Assembly (NCBI GenBank): GCA_023245335.1
Contig: JAHFKK010000001.1
Span: 936,019-1,000,018, forward strand
Direction of reading: 5' to 3'
Length of the DNA stretch: 64,000 nucleotides
DNA from: Candidatus Gottesmanbacteria bacterium
Lineage (GTDB): Bacteria > Patescibacteriota > Microgenomatia > UBA10105 > UBA927
The position numbers and the translations under genes are program-made. This document shows positions 58,902-64,000 of this stretch, piece after piece; the stretch's first letter is position 1; each line of letters begins with the position of its first letter. Under the pieces are notes generated by a model, which saw nothing but the letters and a program-made list of their open reading frames with translations, had not been told where the DNA came from and made no database searches.

Positions 58902-60134
58902 CTATGTCCCTGTCAATGTAGACATCACCGCTTGTAAAGGAATCAGCTTCGCCTCTTTCTCACTGCGTTTCTTCAGCTCAATCTGATCTCCCGTCTTGGC
59001 AGAGACGACAAGTCGAAGCGGTATACCGATGAGATCCGCATCGCCAAATTTGACCCCTGCCGATACTTTTCTATCATCCCAAAGCACTTCAACATGATTT
59101 TTTTGCAGTGTTTCATAGAGAACGTGTGCTTTTTCCTCCCCGCCGGGCAAGGAAACGAGATGTACCGCAAACGGCGCAATCTGCGGAAACCAAACAATAC
59201 CCCGGTCATCATGGGAGACCTCTACGGCGGTCCCCATGACGCGCGTCGGTCCGATGCCGTAACTGCCGAACCATACCGGTTTTTTCTGTCCCGTTTCGTC
59301 GGTAAAACTGACTTTCATTTTTTCGGCGTACCACTTTCCCAATGGAAAAATGTTACCGACTTCGATAGATTTGCCTGTACGGATATCCTTTTTCCCGCAC
59401 AAAGGACACGTATCTATTTTTTCGTCCATCAATTCTTTATTGACTCCCCAATCACAGGTACCGCAATAAAATATAGTGTCTTCACCGCCGTCTGAAAGCA
59501 CCTGAAACTCATGCGTGTGTTTATCGGTAAATACTCCGCCGCTTGCTTCTGTAACCCTAATCTCAAATCCCAATCGCTTAAAGATCTTTTTATATGCTTC
59601 TTTCACCTTTTCGTAGTATTCCATGAGATCTTCTTCCGATACGTGTGCGCTATAAAGATCTTTCATCATAAATTCCCGTCCTCGCAGGATTCCGCTTCTC
59701 GCGCGAGGTTCGTTACGGAACTTTGTCGAAAAATGATATACGGCGACGGGCAAATCCTGATAACTTTGGATATGCTTTCGCAGCAAATCCATAACGATCT
59801 CCTCATGAGTAAAAGATAACGCATACTCGTGTTCACGCGAGTCTTTCAGTTTATACAAAATTTCTGCTGCTTTATCCCACCTACCGGTTTCATTCCAAAT
59901 TTCCTTCGGATGCAGAAGCGGCATGAGCATCTCCTGTCCGCCTATGGCGTTCATTTCTTCGCGGATTATCTCGTTAATCTTGGTAACCACGCGAAATCCA
60001 AGCGGCAGAAGCGTCCAACTCCCCGCCATGAGTTGATCCACAAACCCTGCACGTACCAAGAGTTGATGGTTGACGCTCTCTGCGCCGGTTGGCGCAGTTT
60101 TTTTCGTTTTTGGAAATACATTCGAATACTTCAT
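58902..60134 (-). CDS. proS: Proline--tRNA ligase (compact form)
   Basis: Class II motif 2 FRNEPRARSGILRGREFMMKDLYS, motif 3 region, ProRS-like N-terminus; C-terminal CxxC zinc knuckle. Confidence 0.85.
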   Translation of the reverse strand: MKYSNVFPKTKKTAPTGAESVNHQLLVRAGFVDQLMAGSWTLLPLGFRVVTKINEIIREEMNAIGGQEMLMPLLHPKEIWNETGRWDKAAEILYKLKDSREHEYALSFTHEEIVMDLLRKHIQSYQDLPVAVYHFSTKFRNEPRARSGILRGREFMMKDLYSAHVSEEDLMEYYEKVKEAYKKIFKRLGFEIRVTEASGGVFTDKHTHEFQVLSDGGEDTIFYCGTCDWGVNKELMDEKIDTCPLCGKKDIRTGKSIEVGNIFPLGKWYAEKMKVSFTDETGQKKPVWFGSYGIGPTRVMGTAVEVSHDDRGIVWFPQIAPFAVHLVSLPGGEEKAHVLYETLQKNHVEVLWDDRKVSAGVKFGDADLIGIPLRLVVSAKTGDQIELKKRSEKEAKLIPLQAVMSTLTGT

Positions 60135-60143
60135 ATACCCTCC

Positions 60144-60479
60144 TTAATAGAGTTTACCACCAATAACTGCTTTTTCTTTATCAGGAACGATCAGTATACA
60201 TTCATGATCTCCATCCGGCACACCTAACGTCAGTACTTCCGATAAAAAGGGTCCGATTTGCCGGGGAGGAAAATTGACGACGCCAAGGACCTTTTTCCCC
60301 TTGAGCGCGTCTTTCGTGTAGTGCTTGACGAGCTGTGCACTGGATCGTTTGACCCCGATCTCCGGACCGAAGTCGATCGTGAGTTTATACGCGGGTTTAC
60401 GCGCTTCGGGGAAATCGTCAACGGCAGTGATGATGCCGACCCGGACATCCAATTTTAGAAAATCATCATATGTTGCCAT
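60144..60479 (-). CDS. tRNA-binding protein (CsaA/Trbp111-like OB-fold, MetRS C-terminal domain homolog)
   Basis: FLKLDVRVGIITAVDDFPEARKPAYKLTIDFGPEIG...VVNFPPRQIG matches the EMAP/Myf tRNA-binding domain; AGGAGG RBS. Confidence 0.8.
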   Translation of the reverse strand: MATYDDFLKLDVRVGIITAVDDFPEARKPAYKLTIDFGPEIGVKRSSAQLVKHYTKDALKGKKVLGVVNFPPRQIGPFLSEVLTLGVPDGDHECILIVPDKEKAVIGGKLY

Positions 60480-60500
60480 ATTCCTCCTTTTTTACCATCA

Positions 60501-60655
60501 AAAAACCCGCCACCCCACTCTCGGGGTAAGGACGGGTAATCGTGGTACCACCTTACGTTACTTCTTATTACTGCTGTCACGGGCTTACCCGTTTCCGTTC
60601 TTGGCGGAACCGCTTGTCCTGTTCGGTGGCAGGACTTATAACGCGTTTATGAACA
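60501..60655 (-). ncRNA. T-box-like riboswitch leader (proline specifier) with intrinsic terminator
   Basis: Minus strand AAGGUGGUACCACG (T-box consensus AGGGUGGNACCGCG). GUAAGG...CCUUAC antiterminator helix shares its 3' arm with the terminator ACCCGUCCUUACCCCgagaguGGGGUGGCGGGU-U6. Upstream hairpin GUCCUG-CCACCGAA-CAGGAC displays CCA/CCG. Confidence 0.6.
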
Positions 60656-60661
60656 TCCATT

Positions 60662-60691
60662 ATTATATCTTTTACTGCTTCTCGCCGTCAA
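60662..60691 (-). promoter_or_regulatory. Consensus sigma70 promoter TTGACG-N18-TATAAT driving the T-box leader
   Basis: -35 at 60691-60686 (overlaps the rseP stop), -10 at 60667-60662. Confidence 0.5.
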
Positions 60692-61806
60692 CCTCCGTGG
60701 GCCAAACGAAGAATGTCATTAATGGAAACTAACAAAATCAATCCCAAAAGGATGACCATACCAATCTGATGCGCATTTCGTTCAAAGACCGGATTTACCC
60801 GTCGGCGGAATATCTTCTCCAAAAAGACAAATGCGAGCCTACCGCCGTCGAGTGCGGGAATCGGCAGGATGTTGAGAATCGCAAGATTGAGAGATAGTAT
60901 GCTCGCAAGCTCCAATACCGCTTCCCACCCGAACTGTATTGCCTGTCCGGTTACCTGCGCTATACCTATGGGTCCGGCCACTTCTGCCTGGGGCCGCCGG
61001 AGTTTCGCAAGCTGTCCGATGGTAGTTCCGAGCGATACGATCATATCCCGCCCGCGGGAAAGGTTGATGACCAAGGCTTTTCCCGGAGCTTCCGTAAGAC
61101 TGTATTTATGAACCTTGAGATCCGAAAGGATAGCGACACCCATCGGTCCCTGGCCGCTGGGCGGGTTGACGCGCGGCGTAAGTGTCAAATGATACGTCTG
61201 GCCACTGCGAAGAACCGTCACGTCTATCGCCTTCCCTGCGTTGATATGGGTAAATTGAATAATCTCATCGGTCATGATCGGATTGTGAATACCCGCGGCA
61301 TCGGGATTCTCCGCTAAAGTCATATCCGTAATGACATCATGAACTTGAAATCCCGCAGTTGCGGCAGGCGTCCCGGGCATGACGGTCGCTATATGCACGC
61401 TCACCGGTTCCTTCACTCCATGGACCAGAAGAAACGTGGTGATCCCCACGGCCAGGAGAAAATTCATAAATACTCCGGCGGTCAGGATGACGGCACGCTC
61501 TTTCTTGGTTCTCGCCCAAAAGTACTCTTTTGCCTTAGCGCCTTTTACTTTTGATTTTTGTGCGTCCTCAAGGTCTTCTCCTGCAAGGCGTACAAATCCG
61601 CCGATCGGGAGCCAATTCAGGGAATAAATCGTGTTGCCGAATTTCTTGCCGGCGGCCCGCGGGGGCAAACCCAAACCAAATTCCTCGACGCGGACTCCGA
61701 TGATTCTGGCTGCGGCAAAATGTCCAAATTCATGAATCAGAACGAGGACGGTAAGAATAGCCAAAAATATAACGACCGTAAGTACCATAAACGAGTATGT
61801 AACCAA
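60688..61806 (-). CDS. rseP: RIP zinc metalloprotease RseP (site-2 protease)
   Basis: HEFGH zinc motif in TM1, PDZ domain, C-terminal LDGG motif. Confidence 0.85.
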   Translation of the reverse strand: MVTYSFMVLTVVIFLAILTVLVLIHEFGHFAAARIIGVRVEEFGLGLPPRAAGKKFGNTIYSLNWLPIGGFVRLAGEDLEDAQKSKVKGAKAKEYFWARTKKERAVILTAGVFMNFLLAVGITTFLLVHGVKEPVSVHIATVMPGTPAATAGFQVHDVITDMTLAENPDAAGIHNPIMTDEIIQFTHINAGKAIDVTVLRSGQTYHLTLTPRVNPPSGQGPMGVAILSDLKVHKYSLTEAPGKALVINLSRGRDMIVSLGTTIGQLAKLRRPQAEVAGPIGIAQVTGQAIQFGWEAVLELASILSLNLAILNILPIPALDGGRLAFVFLEKIFRRRVNPVFERNAHQIGMVILLGLILLVSINDILRLAHGG

Positions 61807-61862
61807 TATACCAAGTTACTATACCAACAATCGAGGGGGAAATTAAAAACAGTGAGGTCTTC

Positions 61863-62426
61863 TTATACCTGGAGGAGTTCCGCTTCTTTTTTCTCTCCCA
61901 TAGTGTCGATTTCTGCTATCATCTCATCGGTCAGCTCCTGGACCCTTTTTTCACCCAATGCCTTTTCGTCTTCCGATACGGTCCCTTCGCTCTCCATTTT
62001 CGTAAGTTCCTTCATCGATTCGTGCCGCACCTGCCGCACCATGATACGGCCGCCTTCTAATTTGGTTTTAGCGAGCTTGATGTATTCCTGACGGCGTTCT
62101 TCAGAAAGCGGCGGCAGAGAAATACGTATGATTTCGCCGTCGATGACCGGTGTGAGTCCTACATTAGCCGCTTCCAACCCTCGCTGGATTTCGGTAATAA
62201 TAGAAGGATCGTATGGCGAGATGACGATCATTTTCGCTTCCATTGTCGTGATCGTCGCAAGTTCCATCATTTTGAGATACTGTGTACCGCCGTAAACTGC
62301 GATAACGATATTTTCTACAAGCGCGGGGGTAGCTCTGCCGGAACGGATGGATGCAAGGTCCGCATGCGTGACGTCTATCGCTTTCTTCATCCGCTCGCGC
62401 GTAGCATTAATGACCGGGTCTATCAT
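61863..62426 (-). CDS. frr: Ribosome recycling factor
   Basis: Full-length match (MIDPVINATRERMKKAIDVTHADLASIRSGRATPALVE...). Confidence 0.9.
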   Translation of the reverse strand: MIDPVINATRERMKKAIDVTHADLASIRSGRATPALVENIVIAVYGGTQYLKMMELATITTMEAKMIVISPYDPSIITEIQRGLEAANVGLTPVIDGEIIRISLPPLSEERRQEYIKLAKTKLEGGRIMVRQVRHESMKELTKMESEGTVSEDEKALGEKRVQELTDEMIAEIDTMGEKKEAELLQV

Positions 62427-62538
62427 GGATATACGTATACTATCACAGCATTTTTTCCATTGCGAGAAGCGAAGCGACGAAGCAATCCCAATAAGATTGC
62501 CACGCCGTCGGAACGGACTCGCAATGACATAAAAGGAA

Positions 62539-62997
62539 TTATTCTCCCAGTTGCATGCGGGTAAATTTGGCGACGGTGATGTTCTCGCCGAGTTTGGCGA
62601 CCGTGAGCTTAATAAAGTCTGAAATTGCCACTTTCGGATCCCGGATATACGGACTTTTGAGAAGTTCCGCGACGTTTTTCGGATTCATCGACGCAACCTG
62701 GAGCGTGAGCTCATGAGCAAGCGCTTTAAATTCATCTGTTCTTGCGACAAAATCCGTTTCGCACCGCAGTTCTACCAATACCCCGACTTTGCCGTCTTGA
62801 TGGACATAGGAACTCACGATACCCTGTGAGGTTTCTTTGCCTTCTTTTTTGGATGCCTTTTCCAAACCGCGTTCGACGATAAGCTTCTTCGCTTTCGCGT
62901 AATCGCCTTTGGCGTCCTCAAGAGCCACCCGGCAATCCGCAATACCTGCGAGTGTTTCCTGACGAAGTTTTTTGAGAAGATCTATAGAAATATCCAT
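62539..62997 (-). CDS. tsf: Elongation factor Ts (short form)
   Basis: UBA-like N-terminus LLKKLRQETLAGIADCRVALEDAKGDYAKAKKLI plus a single core domain; 152 aa. Confidence 0.85.
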   Translation of the reverse strand: MDISIDLLKKLRQETLAGIADCRVALEDAKGDYAKAKKLIVERGLEKASKKEGKETSQGIVSSYVHQDGKVGVLVELRCETDFVARTDEFKALAHELTLQVASMNPKNVAELLKSPYIRDPKVAISDFIKLTVAKLGENITVAKFTRMQLGE

Positions 62998-63029
62998 ACG
63001 CCTCCTAACTCTTCGGGCTCATCCCAAGA

Positions 63030-63859
63030 TTATTGCGCTCGGCCCATCTTCACAGATGACGCGACTACTTTTTCTTCTTCTGCCTTCGGTGCCGCTGCGG
63101 CCGTTTCCTCTGCTTTCTTCTTGGCTTTCTCCGCTTCCTTTTGAGCTTTCTCTGTGGCTACCGCCGCTTCTTTTTCCGCTTGTTCGCGGCCCTCGCGGTA
63201 TGCATCTCCTAACGCGTTCATGATGAGCTGTACGGAACCCACCGCATCGTCATTTGCCGGAATCACATATTCTATATCCTCTGGATTCGCATTGGTATCG
63301 ACAATGCCGACGACCGGTATGTTCATACGGTGTGCTTCCCGTACTGCCGCCTGCTCTTTACGGACGTCGACAACCACAATGGCATTGGGTAACGCTGAAA
63401 GCGCGAGTACTCCGGCGTAATCGACATTTAGCCGCTCAAGATATCGAGCGAGCTTCGTTTGTTCGTGTTTGGGAAATTTTTTCCATCCGCCGTTGACCTG
63501 ATCGTCCATCATTTTTTTGATTTTCAGGAGATTCTTATGCACGCCCTCCCAATTGGTCATGAATCCGCCGATCCATCGCTGGACGAGATAGGACGCTCCT
63601 GCGTTGACCGCTGCTTCTTTCACGACACCTCTCGCCTGCCGTTTGGATCCGACGAAAAGTACCGTCCCGCCTTTTGCTGCCGTATCACGGACAAACTCCA
63701 TAGCACGATCGAGCCCTGACTTGGTTTTCGCAAGGTCGATGATGTGGATACCGTCTTTTTCCTGCCAGATGAAGGACGCTGCCTTCGGGTGCCAGCGCTC
63801 GGCTTTATGACCGAAATGGCATCCTGCTTCCAATAGTTGTTCCAGTGTTATGTCTTGCA
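63030..63859 (-). CDS. rpsB: 30S ribosomal protein S2
   Basis: GCHFGHKAERWHP, IHIIDLAKT, VLFVGSKRQA blocks; acidic/Lys-rich C-terminal tail; start trimmed to MQDITLEQ. Confidence 0.9.
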
Positions 63860-64000
63860 TAAAAAAACTCCAAAGATACGCTCTTTGGAGTCCAAAGTTG
63901 CGTATCTCTTGACCTTCCACCCGATACCCTTTTTGGGGAGAGATACTTCTTCAGGTGTGCAGAATAAAGATGATTATATCCTAATTACTATGCTTGACGC

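Noticed and set aside
1-64000. Alternative genetic code (UGA recoded as Gly, as in Gracilibacteria/Absconditabacteria)
   Set aside because: TGA functions as a stop in multiple ATGA overlaps. Long ORFs are intact under code 11.

Overview
This 64 kb window looks like chromosome from a small-genome bacterium, most likely Candidate Phyla Radiation / Patescibacteria. The evidence is a form II/III RuBisCO next to an e2b2-type ribose-1,5-bisphosphate isomerase, tsf-frr with no pyrH, many GT-C glycosyltransferases and DUF5666/DUF2079-type proteins, and short EF-Ts and RF1. TGA is used as a stop at 4-nt ATGA gene overlaps, so the standard bacterial code applies. Gene density is high, mostly housekeeping. 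It covers translation (rpsB, tsf, frr, rpsU, rpsF-ssb-rpsR, rpmE, prfA, hisS, cysS, proS, ychF, ybeY, a tRNA-binding protein, Dus, RluA), replication (dnaB, dnaX-ybaB, recR), envelope and protein quality control (HtrA, Ctp, RseP, Lgt, L,D-transpeptidase, three PMT/ArnT-like GT-C enzymes), a nucleoside/SAM salvage cluster (prs, HAD, aminotransferase, ahcY, mtnN, GNAT, pfkB), one tRNA-Leu(CAA), and several hypothetical secreted proteins. The non-coding signals of most interest are: (i) a compact T-box-like leader with a proline-codon specifier hairpin upstream of the csaA-like/proS operon; (ii) a consensus promoter, leaderless 22-codon uORF (W-Y-H-T-H) and terminator/antiterminator element upstream of a hisC-like/hisS operon; (iii) an RF1 that lacks its N-terminal domain 1; (iv) a ~1 kb AT-rich island with one gene carrying an Rx4H (HEPN-like) motif immediately upstream of ychF; (v) an 8-mer repeat cluster overlapping a consensus promoter downstream of a TrpR-like YerC regulator; (vi) a strongly structured leader upstream of rpsU. 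All calls are by eye from the translated ORFs and the raw sequence; no searches were run.
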